In this document: piece by piece, positions 1 to 11,559 of the stretch
Numbering within the stretch: the first letter of the stretch is position 1
Layout of the letters: each line of letters starts with the position of its first letter
Assembly: GCF_963853765.1 (NCBI RefSeq)
Contig: NC_088853.1
Span: forward strand, 26,474,001-26,538,000
From: Magallana gigas
Lineage: Eukaryota
DNA: 64,000 bases
Direction: 5' to 3'
Translations under genes and position numbers: made by a program
Notes under the pieces: model-generated
The model's input: only the letters and a program-made list of their open reading frames with translations
Told to the model about the DNA's origin: nothing
The model's database searches: none

Positions 1-587
1 GCGATTTGAAATTCTATGTATAGTATTTTCACAATATGCTTTGAAAGTGTGTACTTCCTGTGTTCAGTTTTACAAATGACATAGACTATTTACATCTGTT
101 TCATTTAATGAAAATCACAAACTAGTGATGTTTATTCCTCATTAAAACATTAATGAGTTCATTCACGTTTAGAGACACATAATAGATGTCTTGATCTGCT
201 ATATTGTACATGTACAAAGTAAATGTTTGCATATACCTTAGGAACTTTGTAGCTCTTATTCTAATTAATTCACAGGTTATCAAATATCATTTAAATTTAA
301 TCCCTTCACACAAAAAGACATTGTTAAATTTTATTAATCAAAATGATACCATTTATAGATATCAATTATCCTGAATATTGAAAAAAATGTGGGAGTCTTC
401 ACATTAAATATTTTTCTTTAAAATCAGCCCTGCAATTATTTTAACTTAAATATTTATTAAATATTATCAATGAATATAATTACTAATAGCTAAATAAGGT
501 GATATTTTTATTGTCTAATAATTATATTTTATTCATAGTTAACTCCCTTTGTAAAAACAGAGTTAATTGCCCTTCATCTGAAAAGAT

Positions 588-601
588 CCACCAGGGGGCG
601 C
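588..601 (+). promoter_or_regulatory. Perfect match to the core CTCF-binding consensus (CCACCAGGGGGCGC)
   Basis: The sequence reads ccaccagggggcgc at 588-601. Binding is not demonstrated. Confidence 0.4.
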
Positions 602-605
602 AAAC

Positions 606-681
606 ATCTATCCTCCAATTTTGGAGGATAAAATCTATCCTCCAATTTTGGAGGATAAAATCTATCCTCCAAAAACGGAGG
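606..681. repeat. 27-bp tandem repeat (2.8 copies), each unit a hairpin
   Basis: Unit atctatcctccaattttggaggataaa at 606-632 and 633-659, partial at 660-681. tatcctccaa/ttggaggata form a 10-bp stem. Confidence 0.95.
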
Positions 682-1236
682 TTGCCTAGACCTGTATATA
701 TATGAAATTTATTATCTACTGTATTTGTCTTAGAACTATTTTTTATTTTTATTTTTCAGTTATTTACCAAATGATCATAGACATTCTCTACCCAACACAG
801 TAGAAATTTTGAAGTCTTGGTTTGCTTGGTGTACGTGACAATAACATTGTTACATTTTAGTTTAAGCACACTGATGTTGTGTTACTTAAAATAGATTATC
901 GTGATGATTAGCCGAACAAGTTAACATTCATATCGCTGCAATTATCTAATAACTCATTCTTTATGTTTTCTTATCAGAGAACAACCAAATTTAGTAGGTT
1001 TTAAACGTTAATGTTTGATAAATCGTCAATAATATACATCTGTTACAAGTATGCTTACTTTGAAACTTACTGAATAAAACACTATTGCTTTAGAAATAAT
1101 TTTAATTGATATCGTTTGAAATTTAACGTACGAGTTAGCTTTCGTAGGCTTTTCTCGACATTGTTAGCTCGTACCCGATACCACAGTCTTTTTAAACAGG
1201 ATAATGGGTCTACAGTTATATAGATGAACTTATTAA

Positions 1237-1715
1237 AGGGACTTGAACACGATTTGAGATCAACATTTTGTTTTTTACTTTTTGTGTTTAAAATTGTTTA
1301 CTTCTGCATTTTGGATGATTGACCAAAATTTGAATGTTAGAAGTCAAGTTACAAGCGAGATAAAGAGTCTTATATTTGTTTACAAATATGCACATTGCAA
1401 AAAAAAAAGACAATTTCTTTGACAAAATGAATCAGGCCAAACAAGAGAAAGTGATTGTGTTCATAAATAATACTACCAACAAAAAAGCAACATTTGATTG
1501 AAACTATTTATAATACCACATATATGTAAACAATAACAAAACTCGAGCTTTGTTTGCATTACGAAGAATTTCGAACTCTGTATCTTGCTTGTACCTCAGT
1601 ATTTAACCTTTGAATGTTGATGTTTCAATATAAATACCCATATTAACCATTCTAGATAATTAAAATGGAAAAATAAAATTTGAAAATTTTGAGCTCAAAT
1701 CGTGTCCAAGTCCCT
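1237..1715. mobile_element. Non-autonomous Kolobok-like TIR element (479 bp)
   Basis: TIRs agggacttgaacacgatttgag / ctcaaatcgtgtccaagtccct (22 bp, 1 mismatch). Flanks are TTAA and TTAT. AG...CT termini with a TTAA target are the Kolobok signature. Confidence 0.8.
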
Positions 1716-2049
1716 TTATTGTACGTTAGTTATGTGTAGTTTATTTTGTTTGACTTGAGAAGCAACGTTGAAGGAATTACTTTAATACTTGTAGCAGACA
1801 TGAAAAGAAAACCAAGCTGAACAAATGTAGATTTTTCCGATTTATTTTTAGTTACAAATATTTCATTGTTAAAACAATGTTGCATCCTCGTATGTATAAT
1901 GCTATTAAAGTGAGATATAAAACCACCTTTAAATTGTTGAAAAATTAAAAATATTTCCGTATTAGGACGTAAACAAAACTCCGATTACCCTCCATGTGCC
2001 TAAAAAAAAACCTGGTCAACAGTGATTACATAATAATATAGATATGGTT

Positions 2050-2500
2050 GTTACCCGTTTGCCCTGCGGCCAGGTCAGGTACATGATAATCGTCGCACGT
2101 TAGGACAAGTATTTGTAGTTAGGTGTACTTACAAGCAGTTGTCCACAGCTTTTCGTTCAGGAGAGGCCTACATTAGCGGCCTCATATGACTTTTGTTCTA
2201 AATCCGTTACGTGTGTGCTCATTAAGAGTAAGATAATTTCGGGAATATCTTCTAATATTTGAAGAATATGTTTGAACAAATGATTTATAACTGTTTACCG
2301 TATATTGTTGACACTTTAAACATACAACTAGAAATGTCGACCTATATTGGTGAAAAACTTCGTTCGATACTTGTCGGAATACGACAAGGACCGCGATTGC
2401 ACGTATATACATGTAATTACGTTGCCAGTGTCGAAACCAAAGAAAGTTTGCTGTAATAAATTAGGGATATTTCTTCGTTGTTAACGTTAAATAAGCTGTC
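2050..2500 (-). pseudogene. Highly decayed fragment, probably a Polinton/Maverick protein-primed DNA polymerase B region
   Basis: Minus-strand peptides LFKHILQILEDIPEIILLLMSTHVTDLEQKSYEAANV resemble the pPolB region PMxLTxEExxxFxxAxxC. Many stops are present. Confidence 0.3.
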
Positions 2501-2533
2501 CTTTAATGTTTTCAACTCTCGTATGGCTACATA

Positions 2534-2888
2534 TTAGTCCCCTACCGGTTTTCACCGGAGGGGACTATAGCTTTCCTCTGCGTCCGTCAGTCTGTCTGTC
2601 TGTCCGTCCGTCTGTCTGTCCCACTTCAGTTTTCCACGCTTTTTTTCTTTAGGTGTTTAAGGTTTAATAAGAAATTTGCTGAACAGCTTAAAAATGTCAA
2701 ACTACAGATCAAGTTTACAATTTTGTAGCATCTGGTAGACATATTTTCGAGAAAATTAATTTTTTATATTCCATTTTTTTAATGTTCGGGTTCGATATTC
2801 TGCATATTAGTGCATTGTTTTCCTTCACAATTTTCACAAACCGGTAGGGGACGTGTATTGCTTATGCAATACTCTCAGAATGCTTGTT
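2534..2888 (+). mobile_element. HINE (Helentron-associated non-autonomous element), apparently complete
   Basis: 5' subTIR gtcccctaccggt (2537-2549) with an adjacent inverted copy, then a (GTCY)n microsatellite. The 3' subTIR accggtaggggac is at 2840-2852, followed by the 3' hairpin gtattgc-ttat-gcaatac and a terminal cttgtt. Confidence 0.9.
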
Positions 2889-2959
2889 TATTACGATCCT
2901 TTGACAACGTGTTCGTGATCGAATAGCTTTTACAAAGATAATAATTAAAATGTAAATTA

Positions 2960-4350
2960 ATTACCCCTGAACAGCAAATATATAAGCCTCAGCAATTGTT
3001 GTGTATTTGCGTTCAAGACATACACAAAGTATTTACTTGAGGGTAAGGTTAGGAAATGATTCTTGGCGACAGAACCCGTTTTTGTGCGAAAATATCCAAT
3101 CCTGGTCACCGTACTAAAGTAATTCTGCAACACAGCAGAAAGAAAACGAAATAATGCGTCTTTATTCGGATCTGGCATTATCATTGGACAGTTTTTCCTA
3201 AAAAATTCTTTAGTTTTAATACCTCTTCTTGGATGTTTTCTAAAACGAAAGCTGAACTGTGTTTGAACCTGTGCAAATGACAGGGATTTAGTGTAAAGTT
3301 CATCTGAACAAATTATTTGATGTCCATAGGAACATGCTTCGAATTTGGTATTGCATGATACGCTCGATTTGTTTGGATCTGGAAAACACGTTTCTACATC
3401 TTCTTAAAAAGCTTCAAAATCAGAATTAATGCAAACTGGAACTTATTTTCTTTGACTTTGAAAGCACCATTCACGCCTTCCACTGGAAATATTGTGCTTA
3501 CTGGTTGATGATGTAAACAGAATTGCTTATGATTGTTAAATACCTTTTGAGAAAAAAAAAATCCTGACGACAGGGAAAAATATAACGAAACTAATTTTAA
3601 TAAAATCCATGAAAATTGATTTTCAGCAAATCCATTTCTACAGAATCATCAAAATTGAAATAATGTACACTGGAAAAATTGATCTTTTTCATCGTAACAA
3701 ATAACATATAAAGATGAATTGTTTCGTTTCTCATAGTTTGGAATTTGATTCCCCTTTACTGGCAAATCAATTTTTCACACTTAGTTCACCTTCGGATTAT
3801 GTTTAATTATTCAAATGTTGAGCATGATTTTGTACAGGATGAAGAGCGGCCAAAACACAACATAATCCATTTTTGATCCTTATTTTGAAAAATTAGAATT
3901 GCGTTAGAATTCTTCAGTTTTCTTTGCTCTATAAAAATTGATTGATTTCCTTTTGATATCTTCTATGTGACATGTTTATTCGCCGCATTATATAAAGTAA
4001 AAATTGAAATAATTCGTTTTACACGAAAGGTGTTTTTTAGTGTGTGCAGTTTCTGGTCGATAACTTTTCTCATGTTTGTTTTTGTTTGTTGATGAGTTTG
4101 AATCTTCTGGTGCACTTTTGTTTATACCACTATTTGTTTCTCCTCATGTCTGAATTGATAATGCATGTGATTCAGATGTTTAAGTACGATTTGGATTACT
4201 CTGCACAGTGAAGTTGTAGACAGAAAAAATAGTTTGAGACACGTGTCATTTTATGATGATTTTTTAAAGGAAATAATCACTAAATGTATAATGTACTAGT
4301 TTGTACAACTCTGTGTTTGTCTAAAAAAGGTTGAAACAGATCTCACATGG
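2960..4350 (-). pseudogene. Polinton/Maverick (adintovirus-like) pPolB relic, frameshifted
   Basis: Minus-strand motifs in the expected order: zinc-finger-like CEICFNLF, then KLKNSNAILIFQNKDQK-CVLAALHPVQNHA, then DLPVKGNQIPNYEKRN, then VPVCINSDFEAFxEDVETCFPDPNKSS...CSYGHQIICSDELYTK, then MIMPDP. These match the pPolB N-terminal/exonuclease motifs (VLAALHP; YADFE; PMxMT). Confidence 0.65.
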
Positions 4351-5717
4351 AACTTGCTCGAAATATAACAAAACTCCTTTTTTGTTAGCGAAATAAAATG
4401 TCTAAGCAAGCGATTTTCCGTTGCTTGTTATTTTATTATAAGTACTTTAATCGCTCAATTTAAATTAAAATTGTATATTTTCACATTCAAATTATTCTTT
4501 AAAAGCGACTGTTATTCTCTGTGTTCTCGCCCGAAGCAATTCTCAATGTAGAGTTTCAGGACTTGCACATGTAAGATATAAAGCCCACATTTCTAGTATA
4601 TAATGAAAAAAACCCAATCATACTATTTAAAAAAATATTCAAGGTTGAAGCCATCATTTTCGAGAAAAAAAGTCTTCAAATCTCCTAAAATACCATTTTA
4701 AAACATATTTCATACACTGAAAAGCTTTACATCTTCTAAAGTAATTGTTTTTTTTTATGATCAGGTGCAAAGTTTGGTTAAAAAATGAGGTAATGTTCCA
4801 CATTACGGCATTGTAGTTCTAAGAAGAAGCTTCAAGAATCTCATGGTATTTGGTCACAGTACCAGTTAATATTGTAATGGAGGGGGTGAACAAAAGGGAT
4901 CTTAAATTTACTGGCATATAAATTGGTACTATGATTACATGTATTAATGTGATTAAAAATTTAATTTGCCATTACCATTAGTTGTCTAGTAAAGTCTGTA
5001 GCCATGTTAAAATTTGTTTTGTTGACCCCTGAATCGACTTTCCGTCTTCAAGTGATTAATTCGTTTAAGAATCTTGGTACTCAAAGGCGTAACCGTTGGT
5101 CCATTCAAGGTACGCGAGCGCACCATGGCCGACAAGTAAAATAAAACTGCCAAATGTGTAAACAATGGCGATTTTTTTCACGATGTTCTTTTTTAAAACA
5201 AAAATTTAAAAGTATTTTTAGAATGTGACACTTTGGAACACAGCACAAAAGAAACAGAGTACTAAAGTCAAACAATTTTAATAAGGTTATAAAACAAATA
5301 ACAAAGATAATATTATTTCTTGAACAGTTCAGATCCAATTTCACAGTTTTTTCAAAAGATAGTTTAATAATAGTCAAGTGTCCTTTAAAATCAAAGATAA
5401 GTAAGAGAATTAAAGTCACTGTCCAAACGTTATTAAACACGGAGTAAGTCGGGAGTCTCTGCACATAGTAACCTTCCTCACTTGCGGTGTGTTGAGGACT
5501 GATCTCTCCTGACCAAGTCGGAATAGTTATAATCAGAGACGAATGTCTTAATTTGTTGTAGCTAATTGTGTTACAACTTTACGATAGAGGCAAAGAGGAC
5601 AGGACGTGGACGGATGTTGAAGTTTTCCATCAACAAGAGAGGATGTAGGTGATCCGAATTTTTCCTTTAGCAACTTGAACCCGTTCGAGATACCATCGGT
5701 AACTGGCAACAATATCT

Positions 5718-5755
5718 AATCCTGGTTCTAAGGCACCAGAATAACCCTGTAACAA
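5718..5755 (-). mobile_element. LTR end plus tRNA-His-like primer-binding site of a decayed LTR retrotransposon
   Basis: The minus strand reads ...tgttaca gggttattc TGGTGCCTTAGAACCAGGATT, similar to the complement of the tRNA-His 3' end (AATCCTGGTCACGGCACCA). The layout is the same as at 10233-10265. Confidence 0.5.
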
Positions 5756-6748
5756 AGCACAAGTTAATATGACTAGTATTATTAACTAAATGTCCGAATT
5801 CAGAAATTATCACACAGTTACATTTAAAAATATAGCAGCTGTAAACAATAGTCCTTGGAATCGCGGTTAACTCTCGAACGATGGGATTCATCAAGTTTTT
5901 CCTAAACAATCGTTCCCGAATACGTATGTTAATACGGTGTGTCCCCCCAAGAACGTTAGCGCCTCCCGATTGAACATGGTGTACTTGGGAGTTTTATTTA
6001 AATGCGAGTTTGTTTCAGAAAAAGGTAAATGTCCCCCATTATTACGACCTTGAATTATGAGAAGAAGCTTCAATAATTAACTCGTGCTTGGTCACAGTAC
6101 CAGTTAAGAATGACGGCATGAGGACTTGGTAAACTGGAGATGTTTGTAGTCGGTTGAATGGATTGCAAACATGTTGTAATAGAGATACCTAAGTTTAATG
6201 GAGATATAAGTACTTTTCTACGAAATCATTTGTTACTTTCAGAAAACAATTTTGTTGAATTGATAAAATAGTCATAAATTAATCACTGTGATATACAATG
6301 CTGCATTTTCAATCTTCGCCTTTGAACTATGGGGAAAAACATGTTTACAAATACTATTATGTCGATAAAACAGTTTAGTCTCATACATAATTATAACATT
6401 TTACATTTCACTATTTGTGTAGAATAATTATGAAATGTATAATTTGTTAGTTTGTTTTATATGGTAAAAATATGAAAATAAATGCTAAAAAAAGCCGGTT
6501 GTTGTTTGTTTGGTTTTTTTTTTACTATTTTTGGTTGGCAAAATCATACTTAAAAATTATCTTGCACTGTCACAGTCCTCAACATGCAGGGGAGATACCG
6601 CCTCACTATCATATTGCTCCTCCCGCGCAGTATCTTCCTCCTTCTCTTTTATCGTTTGGTCAAGGACCCTGTTCTATAGCAGAGTCCATTGGTAATGATA
6701 ATGTAATACGTTTCTGAAAGGAAAAATCAACAAAACTTTAAATATACA

Positions 6749-6751
<3 letters not shown>

Positions 6752-6821
<70 letters not shown>

Positions 6822-6975
6822 AAAAATAAAAAAAACGTGCACGTATACCGTATTTAAACGCTTACCAAAATATTCAAGATATGAAAAAACAATTCTTCTC
6901 GATTCATCTTGATGCAGTGTTAAAGTGCTACACATCGATTCATCTTGATGCGGTGTTAAAGTGATACACAATCTA

Positions 6976-7036
<61 letters not shown>
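6752..7036. repeat. Two (TA)n microsatellites
   Basis: Pure TA runs at about 6752-6817 and 6978-7036. Confidence 0.97.
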
Positions 7037-7040
<4 letters not shown>

Positions 7041-8863
7041 GGTGGGTAATATACGTTTAAAAGATGTCATAATAAAAAAATTACATGTTGACACGTCTGT
7101 CAATTAATAAAGTATCTATCTATATTCCTGAACAAAAAAGTAATTTGTTTTAGGTATATGTTCACACTGTTATTATGTAATTTACATAGCCTAAAGGACA
7201 TATGGATCAAGTAAAGATCATACATGACAATTTTTGTTTTACCCACTCCTTTACAAATTACCTACTTTTACCATGCACCAAAGTTTATACCCGCCAAAGT
7301 CTAGGATCTGGTTTTGTGAAAATCTAGTGCTAAAATTTATCACACTTTAGAAACGTAAGAATAAATTAAATAGTTTTAAGCATTTTATGAGAATGTACAA
7401 AATGATTTTTATGCTATTTATAATTTTAAGGTTTTTTCCTTTTGTTTTATTCAATACGATTTATACATTCTTTTGTTTTATTTAAACCTAAATGAAACTA
7501 GTTTTACCTAACACCGGAGCGAAAAAACACAATGATCGAAAATGTCGTTACTAATATTATTGTATTATTAGGGGTTGTTTGCTTTTTAGGTTGCAGTGTT
7601 CAAGCGATTTGTGATGAAAAGTATGGAGTAGTTGTTTGTGACAGATTCACAAAGCAAACCCGCATTGCTAATATGGAAAAAAATTACTCATCTTATTGTT
7701 AGTTGAGTGGAAGACATTTCTTCGTCGGAATTCGACAGTATTTCACCCCCTAGTTTGCTTGTCCGTCAGTGGTTCAACGTCACCAGGTTTTAACGCCTCA
7801 GTCTCATCAAATCAAACCGTTTAGGATAAGTGTACAGTTCCTCACTCATCCTCAATCCTATTCCGTGTTGACAAAACAATATGCATTGCTCAACAAAATG
7901 CATACACATACATCACAAATGACCTTCAATGGCATAGCTACAATGTTTCTTCTTGTTGATGGCTCAATGATAAGTGGCTACTAGCAGCTCTTATGGCAGT
8001 TAGGGACTGTAACAGTGGACCTTTCCATCGGGTCAAAGAGCGCAAGAACATGTGTCTCTTCATTTGCAATCACTTTCACAAAAGTTTTCACTCCACCAAA
8101 TTGTCTTTGTATTAAATAATTGCAATGTTTCTTCTTAGAGTGGATTTGTACTATGAACAATTTTCTGACCTATGGGCAGTCGTTTGAAGAAATGAAAAAA
8201 AGTATCCAAGTGTAAAACAAATTGCTCCTTCATTGTTGTTAGAAGCACCAACAACAAAAAACCATTTCCAATATATTAACTGGTCCTCTGCATTTTCCCA
8301 TAAATTTTCATAAAGATCCGTCTTACTAGTTCCCATTCTTTAGTGACTTTGCCAGCTTTGGAAGACTTTGATGAACCCTAGAGCAATCTGAGTTTCAATA
8401 TGCTGAGTGCCATGGAAAAGACGCCGAAGTTATCCATTCAAGTCTTTAAAATAGACGCATGATGATGCCAACAGTAGTCCAAGGTCCACCACTTTTTTCT
8501 GTCAAATTGAGTAGAAGATTGTGCGTTAGATATTGAGTATCTTTCTCCTTAAAGCACAGGAATGTTGAGCACAAATTCCTAAATCATCTGCCGAAAGTGG
8601 AGGATGTTGATTGATGCTATCTTTCTCCGTAGAAGAATGTAGGAAAATGGAAAACGCGATGAGGGAGAACCCATACACTTCAATGCAATATTCAAGGTGT
8701 AATTAGTTGGACCATAATCAAAATTTTGAAAATTCCTTTGGTGGATTTGTTTTTTACATACTTACTTTTTACTTAACACCTTAAAAATGAAATCTTGACT
8801 AAGAATATCAGACCAATCATTTATAAGGTGCTAAATGTGGTCGTTGTACATCGGATACCTTAA

Positions 8864-9349
8864 GGTATCCGATCCATATTTGGACCAATCAATTTTTTCA
8901 AACCTTGAATATCAATCGTGTATTTAATACTTTAATATTTATTTAAAGCATTTAAGAGTAGAAAAAGATTTACCGAGGGAAATTTTCAAAAATATTAACT
9001 AAGCAGTAATTAATTTATGAAGACTGCATTAAGGTCTATGGATGTAATTACTAGGAATATACAAAAAATGCTTCGGTGGAAAGGTGTATTTTATTATTAG
9101 GGATACAAAAACTATTGAAAATGAATTTTATACCGTGTAGTTTATTTAGAATTAATTTTTATAGAATAAAAGCTAAGGGGGGACAACTCTTCCAAAAAAC
9201 GAAAGGTCATTAATTAGGGCACATTCCACTCTAACATATTAATACTTGAAATGGAAAATAATGTCCAAATATACTCAGTATTAAGCCCATACATATCTGT
9301 TACTCACCCAGATTCATTGAATCTGAGGTTATTTAATGGATCGGATACC
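8864..9349. mobile_element. Non-autonomous Kolobok-like TIR element (486 bp) inserted at TTAA, truncating gag
   Basis: TTAA|ggtatccgatccat ... atggatcggatacc|TTAA: perfect 14-bp TIRs with a TTAA duplication at 8860-8863 and 9350-9353. Confidence 0.85.
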
Positions 9350-9353
9350 TTAA

Positions 9354-10140
9354 TAGCAATTTGTTCCTCTGGCAATATTGCGGATTCTAAATCTTTAGGG
9401 TTTTCTCGCAAAATTTTCATTCTGAGGTAGTCGAATGTCAACCCGTCACAAAAGATATCTACTAACTGTTGTTGTATCAAAGGGTCTTTTAGTCTGTCAT
9501 TACTGTAGGCGTCTTCCGCGATTTGCAATAGTCTCTCGGCGAACAACTGAACACTTTCATTTGAATGTTGTCGAGTCTTACGTATTACTGCTAACGCGTG
9601 TTGGGGATCTGTTATTTCTGCAAGTCTATTTTTAAGGGATTCCTTAAGATCGTTCCAAGATGGGATTTCTTCAGACGCATCTGTTTCATCTAAATACCTT
9701 TTAATATAATCCCCAACTGAACCCTTACTCGTTATGTATGCAAGCATGGGGATCTCATGACCTTGTTTCCCAGACATAACACTGTACTTTTCAACTTCCT
9801 TTATCCACTGTTTAAATTGTTGAGCATCTCCCTCAAAAGGAGTTATCACAGAAGATAGGGGCACTGAGAGTGCGGCTGTTATAGCTTTAACTTGACCAAT
9901 TAAAAAATCTTTTTCATCATCCTGATCTGGGACTCGGTGTCGAGTTTCACGAGTTTCATACGGCCTAGCATCATGATATGTTTCAAAAGTATTTTGTTTA
10001 ATCTGCTCTTTTTCTGGGGATTTTTGACCTGTTTCTTGCCCTTTATTTTCCTCGTTCTGACCCAACCCCGCGAATTGTTTTTCTAATTGCTCCATTTGAT
10101 TTTTAAATTCTTTTTTATCAAACCCATCACCTGTCGTCAT
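9354..10140 (-). pseudogene. Ty3/Gypsy Gag (capsid domain), open frame, 3'-truncated by the TTAA element
   Basis: The 278-aa ORF contains ITPFEGD..FKQWIKEVEKY, SWNDLKESLKNRL, QHSNESVQLFAERL (major-homology-like) and FCDGL..LRMKILRENPKDLESA. Its last ~20 codons are read from the inserted TIR element. Confidence 0.88.
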
Positions 10141-10232
10141 ATTGGTTGCTTAGACAAAGTTGTTTACTTCGAGATAGCTATAAGAGACATATAGAGATGG
10201 TTCTTACCTTATTCGATATTGAACTTCGCTCA

Positions 10233-10250
10233 ATCCTGCTCACGGCACCA
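10233..10250 (-). promoter_or_regulatory. Primer-binding site complementary to the tRNA-His 3' end
   Basis: The minus strand reads TGGTGCCGTGAGCAGGAT, 10 nt inside the LTR end and upstream of gag. Confidence 0.8.
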
Positions 10251-10260
10251 AGAAAGTTCA

Positions 10261-10466
10261 TGTAAGCCTTCCGTCTTACGGATCCAATTGAGGGTCAGCT
10301 CAAACTTAGTGATGACAAGTCCAGTATTTCTTTCTCAAGCGGTTTTATTAAGCGTGATCGTATAGTTACAATTACATCAGCTAATAGCAGCCCAAATCAG
10401 GAGTCTCTCTATAAGCGGAATCTATCTATAAGCGGAATCTCTCTATCTGTTCAACATCATTTTACA
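10261..10466 (-). mobile_element. LTR (at least 206 bp) of the Gypsy element
   Basis: TGTAA...TTACA termini, a minus-strand AATAAA near 10345, an internal ~18-bp duplication, and an adjacent PBS. The outer boundary is uncertain because no clear PPT or TSD is visible. Confidence 0.65.
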
Positions 10467-10999
10467 TGGGTATATATAACATTTTACTTATGATGGACAG
10501 TTCTGACTAGTTCGGCCCATTTACGACGATCATGAGTGAACATTCATTGTTCAAAATTAAGATTAATATTTTATTTCTAAATAAAGTAACAAAACTGTCA
10601 AAACTGCCAATCAAAGAGTCTGGATGCAGGATGTGAGTCTCCGAGTCATGGGTGTCGGAGTCCCCCACCTAGTATGAGGCATCGCTTACTCCTAATACGT
10701 TCATTCATACATGGCATAAAAGGTTACAAAGGTTAATATATAGAATACACAATACATGAGTCAATATAGAGTACTAGAGCTATCGTTGCAGACACAGAAT
10801 CGCCAAATATGTCACATGTTGTTAAACTCTCAATTTGGATATTATTATGCCCGTATTATGCACCTGGTTTCATAACGTCATTTAGGAATACTACGCATTG
10901 CTACAAGAGTCACAGAGTTCATTCTGTCAATTATCATTAACACCATTCAGTGCGCAGCATCTAGGTACACATAAATATCACAGTGACCATTATGTATTG

Positions 11000-11370
11000 T
11001 TATACTTTCATGTTAAATACTGAAATCTGATTGGTTAAGACGCAGTTAATAATATTTACTATTACCCTCAGCGTTAGCAACGCACTTGGCAACGGGTAAC
11101 ATTAAAAAATGTTACATGCGCGAAAATTATGCGCGTACGGTTCGCTGTAGAATTCACGTTATTCCTATATAAAAGCAGTAAAATTTTCTTAAAAATTTTA
11201 AAAAAGACATTCAGTATAACAAAATAAATAGTGCCTGTTTGGGAGGATAACAGTTGAAATTGACACCCCTCGAAAACCATTGTCAACCTCCGCTTCGCGT
11301 CGGTTGACAATGGTTTTCTCGGGGTGTCAATTTCAACTGTTACCCTCCCAAACAGGCACTATTTATATAA
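11000..11370. mobile_element. Non-autonomous Crypton-like element with a long subterminal palindrome
   Basis: TTATAC...TATAA ends. A 64-bp-arm inverted repeat at 11225-11288 / 11302-11365 surrounds the loop tccgcttcgcgtc. The family call is from recollection of oyster non-autonomous Cryptons. Confidence 0.6.
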
Positions 11371-11559
11371 TACTAGCAATTCAAGGTCATAGCATGGCTA
11401 TCTGTTTACACGATATTGCTAATTACTTCATGATTTTCAGCTATATTCTGTTCTTTTAAGATTCTATCTTTCCGGCATTGGGTTCTTTACCCAGTTTTTC
11501 CTTCAGAGTATTTCAGGGATTACATTTTTTTTCTTTATTGGTGAAGATTCACTGGTTTC

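Noticed and set aside
606-681. Palindromic ~27-bp repeats resembling CRISPR repeats
   Set aside because: The units are directly adjacent with no unique spacers, there are no cas genes, and the context is eukaryotic.
6738-7103. 121-aa ORF with IYIYIY runs (also 60113-60301)
   Set aside because: Artefact of (TA)n microsatellites.
7100-9349. Complete KolobokP structure (LTDR-internal-LTDR)
   Set aside because: No second copy of the 8864-9349 unit was found upstream, and no Kolobok transposase motifs were recognised in between.
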